A stretch of 64,000 nt of DNA from Propionicimonas sp. GTDB lineage: Bacteria > Actinomycetota > Actinomycetes > Propionibacteriales > Propionibacteriaceae. Where the stretch lies: contig JASGEM010000030.1 of assembly GCA_049841235.1 (NCBI GenBank), positions 23,452 to 87,451 on the forward strand, read 5' to 3'. Shown here in pieces: positions 53,272 to 63,963 of the stretch. Below the pieces are notes generated by a model. That model did no database searches. It saw only the letters and a list, made by a program, of their open reading frames with translations, and was not told the origin of the DNA. A program made the translations under genes and the position numbers. Positions within the stretch are counted from its first letter, which is position 1. The number at the start of each line of letters is the position of its first letter.

Positions 53272-54279
53272 GTGAAGGTCACTCTGTCCGACGTCGCCCG
53301 TCACCTGAGGATCTCGCCGTCGACCGTCTCCCGCGCGATCTCCGCACCTGACCGGGTGAATGCCACCACCAGGGAGCGGGTGCTCGCAGCGGTCGCGGAA
53401 CTGGGCTATGTCCATCCGGGCGCGCCGCGGCCGTCCGGACGGGCCTCGCACATGATCGGGCTCATCGTCCCCGACATCGTCAATCCCTTCTTCCCGCCGA
53501 TCATCAAAGCGGTGCAGGCTCGTGCCGCGGCGCGGGGATGGACGGTGCTGATCGCCGACATCGACGAACACCCTGCCGACGAACTGCGGCGTGCCAAGCA
53601 ACTGCTGGATCAGGTGGACGGCCTGATCGTGGTGAGCGCCCGCACGCCTCCCGACCAGTTCCACAAGCTGGTGGCAATGCAGCCGATCGTCCTGGTCAAC
53701 CGGGAATGGGACGGGGTCGCCAGCGTGAACATCGAGAACGGCGCCGGCATCGAGGACGCGGTGGAGCACCTCGTCGCGTTGGGTCACCGACACCTGTGCT
53801 ACCTGAACGGCCCGCGGCGGTCCTGGTCGAATCAGCAGCGGCAGAGAGCGGTCCGGGAGGCGTGTGAGCGTGCCGGTGTCGACCTGGTGGAGTTCGGGCC
53901 CTTCGAGCCGCAGATCCAGGCCGGCATGCGCGCGGCAGACCTGCTGTGCGCATCTGGGGCGACAGCGGTGATCGCCTACGACGACCTGCTCGCCCTGGGT
54001 GTGATGACCCGCCTCAACGAGCGTGGCATTCAGGTGGGGTCCGGGATCAGCGTGATCGGCATCGACGACAGCCCGATGTCGGGCATGGTGCATCCCTCCC
54101 TGACCTCCATCCAGATTCCCGGTAGCGAGGCCGGGATGACCGCGGTGGATGCGCTGCTCGACCTGGTGGCCGCCCAGAGCGAAGGCCGGGACCTGCAACC
54201 GTTGCTGGTGAGCTCGCTGCTCGAGACCCGACTGGTGGTGCGCACCTCGACCGCGCCGCCCCCGGCCGAGCGCCTTTAG
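53272..54279 (+). CDS. LacI family transcriptional regulator
   Basis: The GTG at 53272 follows GGAGG. HTH VTLSDVARHLRISPSTVSRAISAPDRV. PBP-type sugar-binding core. Confidence 0.9.
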   Translation: MKVTLSDVARHLRISPSTVSRAISAPDRVNATTRERVLAAVAELGYVHPGAPRPSGRASHMIGLIVPDIVNPFFPPIIKAVQARAAARGWTVLIADIDEHPADELRRAKQLLDQVDGLIVVSARTPPDQFHKLVAMQPIVLVNREWDGVASVNIENGAGIEDAVEHLVALGHRHLCYLNGPRRSWSNQQRQRAVREACERAGVDLVEFGPFEPQIQAGMRAADLLCASGATAVIAYDDLLALGVMTRLNERGIQVGSGISVIGIDDSPMSGMVHPSLTSIQIPGSEAGMTAVDALLDLVAAQSEGRDLQPLLVSSLLETRLVVRTSTAPPPAERL

Positions 54280-54289
54280 CGACGCCTCG

Positions 54290-54315
54290 GCAGCAAGTGT
54301 GCTGCATGTGCAGCA
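54290..54315. promoter_or_regulatory. Candidate LacI operator (overlapping palindromes GCAGCA-AGTG-TGCTGCA-TG-TGCAGCA)
   Basis: Two overlapping inverted repeats are built from the same TGCAGCA/TGCTGCA heptamer seen at 53134. They lie upstream of the nagB-like gene. A further 7-2-7 palindrome GAGTGAC-TC-GTCACTC is at 54339-54354. Confidence 0.4.
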
Positions 54316-54420
54316 AAGGCATGTTAGGGTGAGCGCAAGAGTGACTCGTCACTCAGCAGACCGGCGTAGGTCCCGCGACCCCGCGGCCGCGGTGACGGCA
54401 CCCAACCAGGAGAAGCTCCT

Positions 54421-55182
54421 ATGCATGCAACCCGCAGCCAGGATCTCGAGATCACGATCCTCGACAGCAACGCAGAACTGGGCCGGCGGGCGGCGGCGGA
54501 GTTCGCCTCGATCGTCCGCGGTGAACTGGCGGAGCGTCGCGAGATCGCCGTCATCCTGGCTACCGGTAACTCCCAGTTCAGCTTCACCGAGGCCCTTCGC
54601 GACCGGACTGACATCGAGTGGGGCCGGATCACGGTGCTCCACATGGACGAGTACCTCGGCATGGACGCCGGGCATCCGGCGAGCTTCCGTCGCTGGATGC
54701 AGGAACGGGTGGTCGAACCCTTCCGCCCAGCGCGGTTCGAGGGCATCGACGGCGACGCCGATTCCGTCGAGGCGGAGCTCCGGCGCTACAGCACCCTGCT
54801 CCGGGAACTGGAGCCGGCGATCTGCGTCATGGGCATCGGTGAGAACGGACATCTGGCGTTCAACGATCCGCCTGCCGACTTCGACACTCCGGAGCTGATT
54901 CGAGTGGTGGAGATGGACGAGATCTCCCGCCGGCAACAGGTCGGCGAGGGCCACTTCCCGTCCCTGGCCGAGACGCCGACCCACGCTCTCACCCTAACCA
55001 TCCCGGCGCTGCTCGCCCCGCGTCACGTCCTGGTGCTGACTCCTGAAGCCAGGAAGGCCGAGGCAGTCAGGCGGGCGCTCCAGGGAGAGATCGGCGCCGA
55101 CTGCCCGGCGTCCATCCTGCGCACCCAGCCGCAGGCCAAGCTCTTCCTGGATCGGGAGTCCGCCGCCCTGCTTGACCACTGA
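54421..55182 (+). CDS. nagB: Glucosamine-6-phosphate deaminase / 6-phosphogluconolactonase family protein
   Basis: Reads ILATGNSQFSF..VLHMDEYLG..VMGIGENGHLAFNDP. The ATG is preceded by AGGAGAAG. Confidence 0.8.
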   Translation: MHATRSQDLEITILDSNAELGRRAAAEFASIVRGELAERREIAVILATGNSQFSFTEALRDRTDIEWGRITVLHMDEYLGMDAGHPASFRRWMQERVVEPFRPARFEGIDGDADSVEAELRRYSTLLRELEPAICVMGIGENGHLAFNDPPADFDTPELIRVVEMDEISRRQQVGEGHFPSLAETPTHALTLTIPALLAPRHVLVLTPEARKAEAVRRALQGEIGADCPASILRTQPQAKLFLDRESAALLDH

Positions 55183-55189
55183 GCCTGGA

Positions 55190-57103
55190 TCAGGCTCGGA
55201 GTGCCGACGCGTCCGAGGGGGCGGTGACCGGCGGAGTGAAGGCACCCTCGATCGAACGGGCGGCACCCTTGTCGGCGGACAGCGCCAGCGCGGCATAGAT
55301 CTTCAGCGCCTGGGAGACCTCGCGCTGCCGGGTCCTCGGCTTCCAGCCGAGCTGGTTCTGCCGCAGCCGCCGCTCCTCCAGGGTGGCTTCGTCCACCAGG
55401 ACGTCGATCGACCGGTTCGGGATGGAGATCTGGATCAGGTCGCCGTCCTCGATCAGGCCGATCGCGCCGCCGGAGGCAGCCTCCGGCGAGATGTGGCCCA
55501 GCGACAGCCCCGACGAGCCGCCGGAGAACCGTCCGTCGGTGATCAGCGCGCACTTCGGCCCGAGGCCGGTGCCCTTCAGGTAGGAGGTCGGGTACAGCAT
55601 CTCCTGCATGCCCGGCCCGCCCTTGGGGCCCTCGTAGCGCACCACCACGACGTCACCGGCCCGCACCTTCTTGCTCAGGACGGCCTCGACGGCCTCCTCC
55701 TGCGACTCGGTGACGATGGCCGGACCGGTGAAGTCCCACTGCGCCTCGGGGACGCCGGCGGTCTTCACGATCGCGCCGTCAGGGGCGATGTTGCCCTTCA
55801 GGACGGCCAGCCCGCCGTCAGCGGTGTAGGCGTGCTCGACCGAGCGAATGCAGCCGTGCTCGGCGTCGGTGTCCAGATCGGCCCAGCGGTTGTTGGTGCT
55901 GAACGCCTCGGTGGTGCGGACGCCGCCGGGCGCGGCGTACCACAGGTCCATCGCCTCGGGAGATGCCTTGCCGCCGCGCAGGTCCCAGGCGTCCAGCCAT
56001 TCGGCCAGCGAAGGGGAGTGGACGGCGTGCACCGACTCGTCCAGCAGGCCGCCGCGGCGGAGTTCGCCGAGGATCGCGGGCATCCCGCCGGCCCGATGCA
56101 CATCCTCCATGTAGAACTTGGTCGAGTTCGGCGCCACCTTGCTCAGGCAGGGGGTCACCCGCGACAGGGCGTCGATGTCGTCCAGGGTGAAGTCGACGCC
56201 GGCCTCGACGGCGGCGGCCAGGATGTGCAGCACGGTGTTGGTCGAGCCGCCCATCGCGATGTCCAGCCGCATGGCGTTGCTGAACGCCGCCTTGGTGGCG
56301 ATCGAGCGCGGCAGCACCGACTCGTCGTCGCCGTGGTAGTACCGGTTGGCCAACTCGACTGCCAACCGTCCCGCCTCCAGGAACAGGCCCTTGCGCGCCA
56401 GCGCGGTCGCCAGCGTCGAGCCGTTGCCGGGCAGCGAAAGCCCGAGCGCTTCGGTGAGGCAGTTCATCGAGTTGGCGGTGAACATGCCCGAACAGGAGCC
56501 ACAGGTCGGGCAGGCGTTCTGCTCGATCGCCGCGATCTGCTCGTCCGTGACCGACTCGTCGACCGCCTTCACCATGGCGTCGACCAGGTCGAGCCGCTCC
56601 GAGCCGCCCTCGTCGGGCGCGCCGGAGACCACCCGGGTGCCGAGGATCCGTCCGGCCTCCATCGGGCCGCCGGAGACGAAGACGGTGGGGATGTTCAGCC
56701 GCAGCGCGGCCAGCAGCATGCCGGGGGTGATCTTGTCGCAGTTCGAGATGCAGACCAGCGCATCCGCGCAGTGCGCGTTGACCATGTACTCCACCGAGTC
56801 GGCGATGATCTCGCGGCTGGGCAGCGAGTAGAGCATGCCGGCGTGTCCCATCGCGATGCCGTCGTCGACCGCGATGGTGTTGAACTCGCGGCCGATCGCG
56901 CCGGCCTCGTGGATGGCGCCGGCGACCAGCTGGCCCATGTCCTTGAGGTGGACGTGGCCGGGCACGAACTGGGTGAAGGAGTTCGCGATCGCGATGATCG
57001 GCTTGCCGAAATCGGAGTCGGTCACGCCGGTGGCACGCCAGAGCGCACGGGCTCCGGCCATGTTGCGGCCGTGGGTGGTGGTCCGGGATCGCAGGACGGG
57101 CAT
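55190..57103 (-). CDS. ilvD: Dihydroxy-acid dehydratase
   Basis: Reads [76 protein letters not shown]. The ATG at 57103 is preceded by AAGGAGAA. Confidence 0.95.
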   Translation of the reverse strand: MPVLRSRTTTHGRNMAGARALWRATGVTDSDFGKPIIAIANSFTQFVPGHVHLKDMGQLVAGAIHEAGAIGREFNTIAVDDGIAMGHAGMLYSLPSREIIADSVEYMVNAHCADALVCISNCDKITPGMLLAALRLNIPTVFVSGGPMEAGRILGTRVVSGAPDEGGSERLDLVDAMVKAVDESVTDEQIAAIEQNACPTCGSCSGMFTANSMNCLTEALGLSLPGNGSTLATALARKGLFLEAGRLAVELANRYYHGDDESVLPRSIATKAAFSNAMRLDIAMGGSTNTVLHILAAAVEAGVDFTLDDIDALSRVTPCLSKVAPNSTKFYMEDVHRAGGMPAILGELRRGGLLDESVHAVHSPSLAEWLDAWDLRGGKASPEAMDLWYAAPGGVRTTEAFSTNNRWADLDTDAEHGCIRSVEHAYTADGGLAVLKGNIAPDGAIVKTAGVPEAQWDFTGPAIVTESQEEAVEAVLSKKVRAGDVVVVRYEGPKGGPGMQEMLYPTSYLKGTGLGPKCALITDGRFSGGSSGLSLGHISPEAASGGAIGLIEDGDLIQISIPNRSIDVLVDEATLEERRLRQNQLGWKPRTRQREVSQALKIYAALALSADKGAARSIEGAFTPPVTAPSDASALRA

Positions 57104-57274
57104 CGTCGTTTCTCCTTCGCGAATGCCAAGACACCCAGGGTACTTCCCATCGCCTCCGGAGCCGGGCGAGGGCCGAGCAGCGGCCAGACCGGCCTCGCCC
57201 GAGGCGTCCGCCCGCCGCGGATCGAGCCGGGGTTCGGCGTTGTCGGCCCGGGGTCGGGTGGGTATCGTCCCGGC

Positions 57275-58369
57275 ATGGAACCGCACCGGCTGAGCCGGCA
57301 GGACGCCCGGCGGCTGGCCGTCCGCGCGCAGTTGCTGGACGCCGTCCGGCCGTCCCTGGTAGCCGAGGTGGTCGAGGAACTCGCCGTCCTCAACATCGAC
57401 CCGACCAACGCGATCGCGCCCAGCGAGGATCACATCCTGTGGTCCCGTCTCGGGGCCGGCTACGAGCACGGCCTGCTGCAGCAGGCGGTGGAGGACGACC
57501 GGACCGTGTTCGAGTACGACGGCATGTATCGCCCGGTGCTGGACCTGCCGCTGTACCAGGCCCTGATGCGGCAGCCGCTGCGCTACGCCGAGACCCGGCA
57601 GTGGCTGGACGACAACGCCGGCTTCCGTCGCGACATCCTCGCCCGGCTCCGTGACGAAGGGCCGCTGCGCACCGGCGAGTTCCCCGACACCGCGCGACGT
57701 TCCTGGGGATCGACGGGGTGGACGAACAACCGCAATGTCACCCAGATGCTTGAGATCCTGGCGCGGCTGGGCGAGATCGCGATCGCGGGCCGCACCGGAC
57801 GGGAGCGCTGGTGGGATCTCGCCGAGCGCGTCTACCCGCCGGGCCTGCCGGAACTCGAGAGTGCCGAGGCGGAGCGGCAGCGGGATGCCCGGCGGCTGCA
57901 GTCGCTCGGCATCGCGCGGGCACAGCAGACCGCGGTGTCGATGGAGCCGATGGGCGTCGGTGGGACCGGCGAGCAGGCCGTGGTCGAGGACGTCCCGGGC
58001 ACCTGGCGGGTGGATCCGGTGGGACTGGCCGGTCTCGGGCTCCCCTTCGCCGGACGGACGGCGTTGTTGTCGCCCTTCGACCGGCTGGTCTTCGATCGGA
58101 CGCGAGCCCAGGCGCTGTTCGGCTACGAGTACATCCTGGAGATGTACAAGCCGGCGGCGAAGCGGCGCTGGGGTTACTTTGCGCTGCCGATCCTGCACGG
58201 CGACCAGCTGATCGGGAAGGTGGATGCCAAGGCCGACCGCAAGGCCGGGCTGCTGCGGGTGTTCGCCGTCCACCGCGACGTCGCGTGGGAGGACGAGGCG
58301 GTGGAAGGCGTCGACACCGAGCTCCGGGCTCTGGCCGACTGGCTCGGGCTGGAACTCGAACGGGACTGA
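57275..58369 (+). CDS. Winged-helix DNA glycosylase AlkZ/YcaQ-like (DUF1006) protein
   Basis: Begins [21 protein letters not shown] and continues ..WSRLG..TVFEY and ..[28 protein letters not shown]. It is the real C-terminal third of the 1065-aa tracked ORF. Confidence 0.8.
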   Translation: MEPHRLSRQDARRLAVRAQLLDAVRPSLVAEVVEELAVLNIDPTNAIAPSEDHILWSRLGAGYEHGLLQQAVEDDRTVFEYDGMYRPVLDLPLYQALMRQPLRYAETRQWLDDNAGFRRDILARLRDEGPLRTGEFPDTARRSWGSTGWTNNRNVTQMLEILARLGEIAIAGRTGRERWWDLAERVYPPGLPELESAEAERQRDARRLQSLGIARAQQTAVSMEPMGVGGTGEQAVVEDVPGTWRVDPVGLAGLGLPFAGRTALLSPFDRLVFDRTRAQALFGYEYILEMYKPAAKRRWGYFALPILHGDQLIGKVDAKADRKAGLLRVFAVHRDVAWEDEAVEGVDTELRALADWLGLELERD

Positions 58370-58393
58370 GCCGGACGTCAGTGCGCCGACGGG

Positions 58394-58705
58394 TCAGTGC
58401 GGAAGGTCGACCAGCTCCAGGCTGACCGGGATCAGGTCGCCTTCGGAGATGCCCTCCCGGTCACGCACCGCGCGCTTGAGCGCGAGCGCGAACCGTCCGT
58501 CGCCGGAGGGGAAGATCGAGGTGCGCCAGGTGGTCGCACCGATCGTCGCCTGCACCCGCAGCGAGCCGAACCCGCCCCGGGGGATGGGCAGGGAGTCGAT
58601 CTCCTCCGCCAGTTCGAGCGGCACGTGGGCGAACAGCCAGACATCCCGGCGGCTCTCCCAGCGGGTCACCTCCGAACTGAACTCGAACAGCGGTGAAGCG
58701 CCCAT
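58394..58705 (-). CDS. DUF1905 domain protein
   Basis: 103 aa: FAHVPLELAEEIDSLPIPRGGFGSLRVQATIGATTWRTSIFPSGDGRFALALKRAVR. Confidence 0.7.
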   Translation of the reverse strand: MGASPLFEFSSEVTRWESRRDVWLFAHVPLELAEEIDSLPIPRGGFGSLRVQATIGATTWRTSIFPSGDGRFALALKRAVRDREGISEGDLIPVSLELVDLPH

Positions 58706-58720
58706 CGCGGAATGCCTGGC

Positions 58721-59860
58721 TCAGCTCTCGCCCAAGCCGGTCCCGAGCTTGCGGGCGGTCTGGATCCACTCGTGATCCAGCGGCACCAGCTTCAGGTTGC
58801 CGGCCACCTCCGACAGCGGGACGGGGGTGGTCTCCTCGCCGCGCGCGGCCACCATGATGCCGAACTCGCCCTTGGAGACATGGTGGGCGGCGGCCGTCCC
58901 GATGCGGGAGCCGAGTAGGCGGTCGGCGGCCACGGGCGTCCCGCCGCGCTGTACGTAGCCCAGGATCGACACCCGCGACTCCAGCCCGGTCGCGGCCTCC
59001 AGTTCCCGGGCGAGCTTGAAGGTGTGTTCGCGCTGGGAGTCCACCACATTGGCCAGGTGCTTCTTCGCCGCACCGACGGATTCGGGGGTCTTGGCGGCCT
59101 TCACCAGCGCTTCCGCGGCCGCGATGTCGGCGGCATCGGCCAGGTCGCGCGCGCCCTCGGCGACCGCCACCACCGAGAAGGTGCTGCCACGGGACCGGCG
59201 GGCGTTGATGGTCTCGGCGACCGACTCCACCGAATAGGGGATCTCCGGCAGCAGGATGATGTCCGCGCCGCCGGCGATGCCGGAGCCCAGGGTGAGCCAG
59301 CCGGCCCGGTGGCCCATGATCTCGGTCAGGATGATCCGGTGGTGGCTGTGCGCGGTGCTGTGCAGCCGGTCGATCGCCTCGGTGGCGATCTCCATCGCGG
59401 TCGAGAAGCCGAAGCTGGTGTCGGTGTGGGCGATGTCGTTGTCGATCGTCTTCGGCAGATGGACGACGTTCAGCCCCATCTCCGCCAGCCGCATGGCGTT
59501 CTTCGCGGTGCCCCCGCCGCCGAGCAGGACGAGTGCGTCCAGCCCTTCCCTCTGGTAGTTCTCCACCACCTGCTGCCGCATGTCGCGGGTTTCGCCGTCC
59601 ACCACCATCCGGTGCACCTTGTCCCGGCTGGTGCCCAGGATCGTCCCGCCAACCGTCAGGATTCCGGAGAGGGCCGCCCCGTCGAGCGGGACGAAGCGGT
59701 TCTCGACCAGGCCGCGGATGCCGTCCCGGAAACCGATCAACTCCATGCCGTAATGGCCGATCGCCGCCTTGCCGAAGCCGCGGATCGCGGCGTTCAGACC
59801 GGGGCTGTCCCCGCCTGCGGTGAGGATCCCGATTCGTTTCCTGCTGCTACCCGTCGTCAT
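58721..59860 (-). CDS. pfkA: 6-phosphofructokinase
   Basis: Reads [45 protein letters not shown] at 59860. Confidence 0.9.
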   Translation of the reverse strand: MTTGSSRKRIGILTAGGDSPGLNAAIRGFGKAAIGHYGMELIGFRDGIRGLVENRFVPLDGAALSGILTVGGTILGTSRDKVHRMVVDGETRDMRQQVVENYQREGLDALVLLGGGGTAKNAMRLAEMGLNVVHLPKTIDNDIAHTDTSFGFSTAMEIATEAIDRLHSTAHSHHRIILTEIMGHRAGWLTLGSGIAGGADIILLPEIPYSVESVAETINARRSRGSTFSVVAVAEGARDLADAADIAAAEALVKAAKTPESVGAAKKHLANVVDSQREHTFKLARELEAATGLESRVSILGYVQRGGTPVAADRLLGSRIGTAAAHHVSKGEFGIMVAARGEETTPVPLSEVAGNLKLVPLDHEWIQTARKLGTGLGES

Positions 59861-60108
59861 CGCGCTGCATCCTTCCTCTCTGGACCAGCAGGGTATCGGC
59901 TGGTGAAGAAGGCGACGAGGTTCGGCGGGGGATGCCCGGAGCCCTGGGGTCGGCCGGGCATAATCGGAAGTGGTCTTCGGGAGCGCGCAGCGCTTTCCGC
60001 CGGGGAGCCCGCCGAGACCACGGGCTCGCCGGGTACCTCCGGTGGTCTCGGCAAGCTCGACCAGGTAAACCAGTGGTTCCCCAGTGGCCACCAACGGAAG
60101 GAGCCGGG

Positions 60109-60819
60109 ATGCGGCGCTTGAACGGATCGGTGCTCGTCGCGGGCATCTCGGCAACCCTGCTGCTGACCGGCTGCGGCCAGACCACGCCCACCATCGCCGC
60201 GCCGGCCCCGCCGTCCGCCACGGCCACGGGCACGACTCCGGCGACCACCGCACCCACGGTGTCGCCGACGACCGCCCCGACCCCCTCGGACCCGGCCTCC
60301 CCGACGGCCTCCCCCTCGGTCACCGCCACCCCCACTCCCTCGCCCAGCCCGACCAAGGCGAAGGGCCTGGTGCTGTCCGGCAGCGGTGTCGGTGGCCACA
60401 AGTTCGGCACCGCCGAGGCCAAGGTCGAGAAGACCCTGGAATCGACCCTGGGCGAGCCGGACGAATCCGTGCAGGGGATCCTCTGCGAGCTCGATTCCGG
60501 CAGCCCCTGGCAGCGGTCGGTGATCTACGAGGGATTCGCGGTGGTGTTCACCGCGAAGTCGGCGAAGAAGTCCGCGCCGCGTACGCTCAACAGCTGGTCG
60601 CTGTCACTGGACGGCAAGCTGCCCAAGGTCCAGCTCGAGGACGACATCCCGCTCAACCTGAGCTTCAAGCAACTCAAGGCCAACTACCCCAAGGGCAAGC
60701 TGGCGGACACCGGGTTGGGTGACGGCAGCGAGATCTTCACCCTGCCCAACGGCATCCGGTTCGTCGGGGTGGAGGTCCCCGACATGGTGATGGCCGGGGA
60801 ACTGCACTACTGCGAGTGA
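60109..60819 (+). CDS. Lipoprotein with Pro/Thr-rich linker, unknown function
   Basis: Lipobox in [22 protein letters not shown]. The ATG is preceded by GGAAGGAG. A ~60-aa P/T/S/A linker is followed by a globular C-terminal domain. Confidence 0.6.
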   Translation: MRRLNGSVLVAGISATLLLTGCGQTTPTIAAPAPPSATATGTTPATTAPTVSPTTAPTPSDPASPTASPSVTATPTPSPSPTKAKGLVLSGSGVGGHKFGTAEAKVEKTLESTLGEPDESVQGILCELDSGSPWQRSVIYEGFAVVFTAKSAKKSAPRTLNSWSLSLDGKLPKVQLEDDIPLNLSFKQLKANYPKGKLADTGLGDGSEIFTLPNGIRFVGVEVPDMVMAGELHYCE

Positions 60820-60895
60820 GAGCCCGGCTCCGGCCTCAGCCGGGGGCTGGCGAGCAGTCTCGACGGCCGCGCCAGCGGGCCGGGGGAGCATCCCG

Positions 60896-61327
60896 TCACC
60901 CGATCCAGACAGCCGTTGCGCCCAGGTGCCCGGTGATGGCCACCACGGTCAGCGATCCGAGCGCCAGCACCACGGTGGCCACGGCCAAGGTCAGTTGGAG
61001 CGGACGGTTGGTTCCGCGTCCGGCCAGCAGGTACCCGATCAGGGCCAGGGCCAGGGCGGTGGACGGCCAGGGTGCGATCAGCCCCCAGAACATGTGAGCG
61101 CCCAGCGTCCCGGTGGCGGTGGTGGTGCCGGCCAGCGCCTCGCCGCTGAGCCTGGCGCCGATCGTCGCTACAGCGGCGACCACCGCCCCGACCGCCAGCA
61201 GCGATCCGTAGCGTTCCCGGGCCTGCCGGGACAGCACGATCACGATCGCCCCGAGCGCGACCAGTGGCAGCAGCACCACCGCCGCGTGCACGACGAGGGG
61301 ATGGGCCGGGGGCATCGCGATCTCCAT
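60896..61327 (-). CDS. DUF2231-like small membrane protein
   Basis: Begins MEIAMPPAHPLVVHAAVVLLPLVALG and has 4 TM helices. It is the real C-terminal 143 aa of the 907-aa tracked ORF. Confidence 0.65.
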   Translation of the reverse strand: MEIAMPPAHPLVVHAAVVLLPLVALGAIVIVLSRQARERYGSLLAVGAVVAAVATIGARLSGEALAGTTTATGTLGAHMFWGLIAPWPSTALALALIGYLLAGRGTNRPLQLTLAVATVVLALGSLTVVAITGHLGATAVWIG

Positions 61328-61443
61328 GGTTGATTGTTCAACCAGCTCCCCGGCCACGGCAACCCCTCCTTCCCGATTCACAGCCAACCCACAGCCCGAA
61401 CCGGCGGCTCGGCACGCGCCGTCCCCGATCTCGCCGAGCGCTT

Positions 61444-61493
61444 CCCTTCGCGTCGAGCGCCAGCCCCTAGGCACAAGCGCTCGACGCGAAGGG
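61444..61493. repeat. REP-like element, family B hairpin (second copy)
   Basis: CCCTTCGCGTCGAGCGC (61444-61460) pairs with GCGCTCGACGCGAAGGG (61477-61493), giving a 17-bp stem. The 16-nt loop CAGCCCCTAGGCACAA resembles the loop of the 34454-34497 copy (CACGCCCTGGGGTGAA). Confidence 0.6.
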
Positions 61494-61591
61494 TGGCGGT
61501 CAATGGGCCGTGGGGCGAAGGGTGACGGGTTCTGCGAGCGGCGAGGTGCCTTTGAATGGACCTGAGCGCTCGGCGGGGACAGGATGAGCGT

Positions 61592-63649
61592 ATGACTGTG
61601 GCCAACCCGCTCACCGACCGCTCCACGCTGCCCTTCGAGCTTCCCGACTTCGCCGTGCTGACGCCCGAGCACTACCGCTCGGCGTTCACCGCGGGCATGG
61701 CCGAGCAATTGGCCGAACTCGCCGCGGTCGCGGAGAACCCCGAACCGCCCACCCAGGCCAATGTGATCGATGCCTGGGAGGCCTCCGGCCAGCTGCTGGG
61801 GCGGGCGGCGCTGGCCTTCTTCACCGTGAAGTGGGCCGACACCACCGACGAACTCAGCGCGATCGATGAGGAGATGGCACCGCGGCTGGCTGCTCACTCC
61901 GATGCGATCCACCTCGACCCGGTGCTGTACCGGAGGGTGGTGGCGCTGGCCGATCGGGTCGCTGCCGACGAGACGGACCTGGACGAACAGGGCGCGTACT
62001 GGCTGGAACGCACCCGGCAGCGCTTCGAGCGCTCCGGCATCGCGCTGCCCGAACCCGCGCAGCAACGACTGCGCGAACTGAACGGACGGATCGCCGAACT
62101 GCAGTCGAAGTTCGGACGGCTCGCGCTGGCGGGGATGAACGCGGCCGCGGTCTGGGTGACCGAGGCGGACGAGTTGGACGGGCTGTCCGAGGCCGAGGTC
62201 AAGGCGGCTGCGGAGTTGGCCGCCGAGCGCGGACGTCCCGAAGCCTGGTTGATCGAGATCGCGAACACCACCGGCCAGCGTCCGCTCGATGTGCTGACCA
62301 ACCGGGCGCTGCGCGAGCGGATCCACCGCGCCGCGATCGGACGCGGGCTGGGCGGCGAGCACGACACCCGGGCGGTGCTGCTGGAACTCGCCCGGCTGCG
62401 CGCCGAACGGGCCACCCTGCTGGGCTTCGCCAACCATGCCGACTATGTCGCCGCGGACGCCTGCGCCAAGACCGCGGAGGCGATCTGGGAGAGGCTCACC
62501 GGCCTGGTTCCGGCCCTGGCTGAGAACGTGGCCGCCGAGGCCGCCGAGCTGGATGCCGTCCTGCAGCGGCTGGAGCCCGGCGCGACCCTGCGGCCGTGGG
62601 ATTGGCAGTTCCTCAGCGAGATCGTCCGGGCCGAGCGGTACGCGCTGGACGCGGGCGCGCTGCGTCCCTATCTGGAGGTCGAGCGCGTGCTGCGGGACGG
62701 CGTGTTCGCCGCGGCGACCGGAATGTACGGCATCACCTTCCACGAGCGGAGCGACCTGGTGCCCTACCACCCGGAGGTGCGGGTCTTCGAGGTGCGCGAG
62801 GCGGACGGGACGGCGATCGGGCTCTTCCTGGCCGACTTCTTCACCCGTGCCGCCAAACAGGGCGGCGCTTGGATGAACAACATCGTCGATCAGAACCACC
62901 TGCTCGACCAACTGCCCGTCGTGGTGAACAACTCCAACCTGGTCAAGCCGCCGACCGGCGAGCCGGCGCTGATGAGCTGGGACGACGTGATCACGCTGTT
63001 CCACGAGTTCGGGCACTCCCTGCACGGCCTGCTCTCCGACACCCGCTACCGTTCCCAATCCGGCACCGAAACCCCGCGGGACTTCGTGGAGTACCCCTCT
63101 CAGGTGAACGAGATGTGGGCGCTGGAGCCCGCCCTGCTGGCGCAATACGCCGTGCATGTGGAGACGGGAGAGCCGATTCCCGCCGCCTGGGTGGAGACGC
63201 TGATCGGATCGACGCTGTTCCAGCAGGGCTTCAAGACCGCCGAGTACCTGGCTGCCGCGCTGCTCGACCAGGTCTGGCACACCACCCCGCTCGCCGAACT
63301 GCCGGAGGATCCCGAGCAGGTCGAGGCCTTCGAGCAGGCCGCCCTGGCCAAGGTCGGGCTGGACCTGCCTCTGGTGCCGCCGCGCTATCGCTCGGCCTAC
63401 TTCCGTCATACCTTCGAGGGCGGCTACGACGCCGGGTACTACTCCTACATCTGGTCCGAGGTGCTGGACGCCGACACCGCCGCCTGGATCCGTGCCACCG
63501 GCGGGCTCACCCGCGAGAACGGCGAGCGCTACCGCCGGCGGTTGCTGGCCAGGGGCGGCTCGATCGACGCCATGGACGCCTACCGCGACTACCGCGGTCA
63601 GGATCCCGACCTGCGCCACCTGCTGGAGCGCCGCGGTCTGTTGCGCTGA
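61592..63649 (+). CDS. dcp: M3 family peptidyl-dipeptidase (Dcp/oligopeptidase A-like)
   Basis: 685 aa with the zinc motif LFHEFGHSLHG. ATG at 61592. Confidence 0.9.
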   Translation: MTVANPLTDRSTLPFELPDFAVLTPEHYRSAFTAGMAEQLAELAAVAENPEPPTQANVIDAWEASGQLLGRAALAFFTVKWADTTDELSAIDEEMAPRLAAHSDAIHLDPVLYRRVVALADRVAADETDLDEQGAYWLERTRQRFERSGIALPEPAQQRLRELNGRIAELQSKFGRLALAGMNAAAVWVTEADELDGLSEAEVKAAAELAAERGRPEAWLIEIANTTGQRPLDVLTNRALRERIHRAAIGRGLGGEHDTRAVLLELARLRAERATLLGFANHADYVAADACAKTAEAIWERLTGLVPALAENVAAEAAELDAVLQRLEPGATLRPWDWQFLSEIVRAERYALDAGALRPYLEVERVLRDGVFAAATGMYGITFHERSDLVPYHPEVRVFEVREADGTAIGLFLADFFTRAAKQGGAWMNNIVDQNHLLDQLPVVVNNSNLVKPPTGEPALMSWDDVITLFHEFGHSLHGLLSDTRYRSQSGTETPRDFVEYPSQVNEMWALEPALLAQYAVHVETGEPIPAAWVETLIGSTLFQQGFKTAEYLAAALLDQVWHTTPLAELPEDPEQVEAFEQAALAKVGLDLPLVPPRYRSAYFRHTFEGGYDAGYYSYIWSEVLDADTAAWIRATGGLTRENGERYRRRLLARGGSIDAMDAYRDYRGQDPDLRHLLERRGLLR

Positions 63650-63653
63650 CCCT

Positions 63654-63897
63654 GGACACCGGGGACGGTTCCTGGTGTCCGGGGATCAACGCGCATCCAC
63701 ACCACCCATGACGGCCCGTCGATCGTCGAGCGGCGCGAACCGCGCGTCCTTACCGTTCGCAGACCAGAACGAAGGCTCCTGTCCGGCGTGGGCGGTTCCG
63801 TGCCGGCACCCTTCAGGGCGCCGGCACCTGCGGTGTCACTGCCGGATCGGGCGCCTGCAGCCGGACCAGGAAGCCTGGGACCGGAGGAACCGTCCCC
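63654..63897. repeat. REP-like element, family A (second copy, arms about 210 nt apart)
   Basis: GGACACCGGGGACGGTTCCT (63654-63673) shares 20 nt, GACACCGGGGACGGTTCCTG, with 32489-32508. The inverted arm AGGAACCGTCCCC is at 63885-63897. An internal hairpin pairs GTGCCGGC (63801-63808) with GCCGGCAC (63821-63828). Confidence 0.55.
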
Positions 63898-63963
63898 GTG
63901 GCCGACGCAGCGGGAGAAACCTACGGTAGGGTAACTTAGCGTCGAAGCCGACAGGAGTGGTGG

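Noticed and set aside
55172-57274. N-terminal two thirds of the 1065-aa plus-strand ORF
   Set aside because: It is antisense to ilvD and has a Gly/Arg/Asp/Val-rich shadow-frame composition with no motifs. Only the C-terminal 364 aa, from ATG 57275, look like a real AlkZ/YcaQ-like protein.
57104-58273. Upstream 390 codons of the 1027-aa minus-strand ORF
   Set aside because: It is antisense to the AlkZ/YcaQ-like gene. A clear IlvD N-terminus ([22 protein letters not shown]), preceded by AAGGAGAA, starts at 57103.
61328-63619. Most of the 907-aa minus-strand ORF
   Set aside because: It is a shadow frame opposite the M3 peptidase gene. Only the last 143 aa, a 4-TM DUF2231-like protein, are credible.
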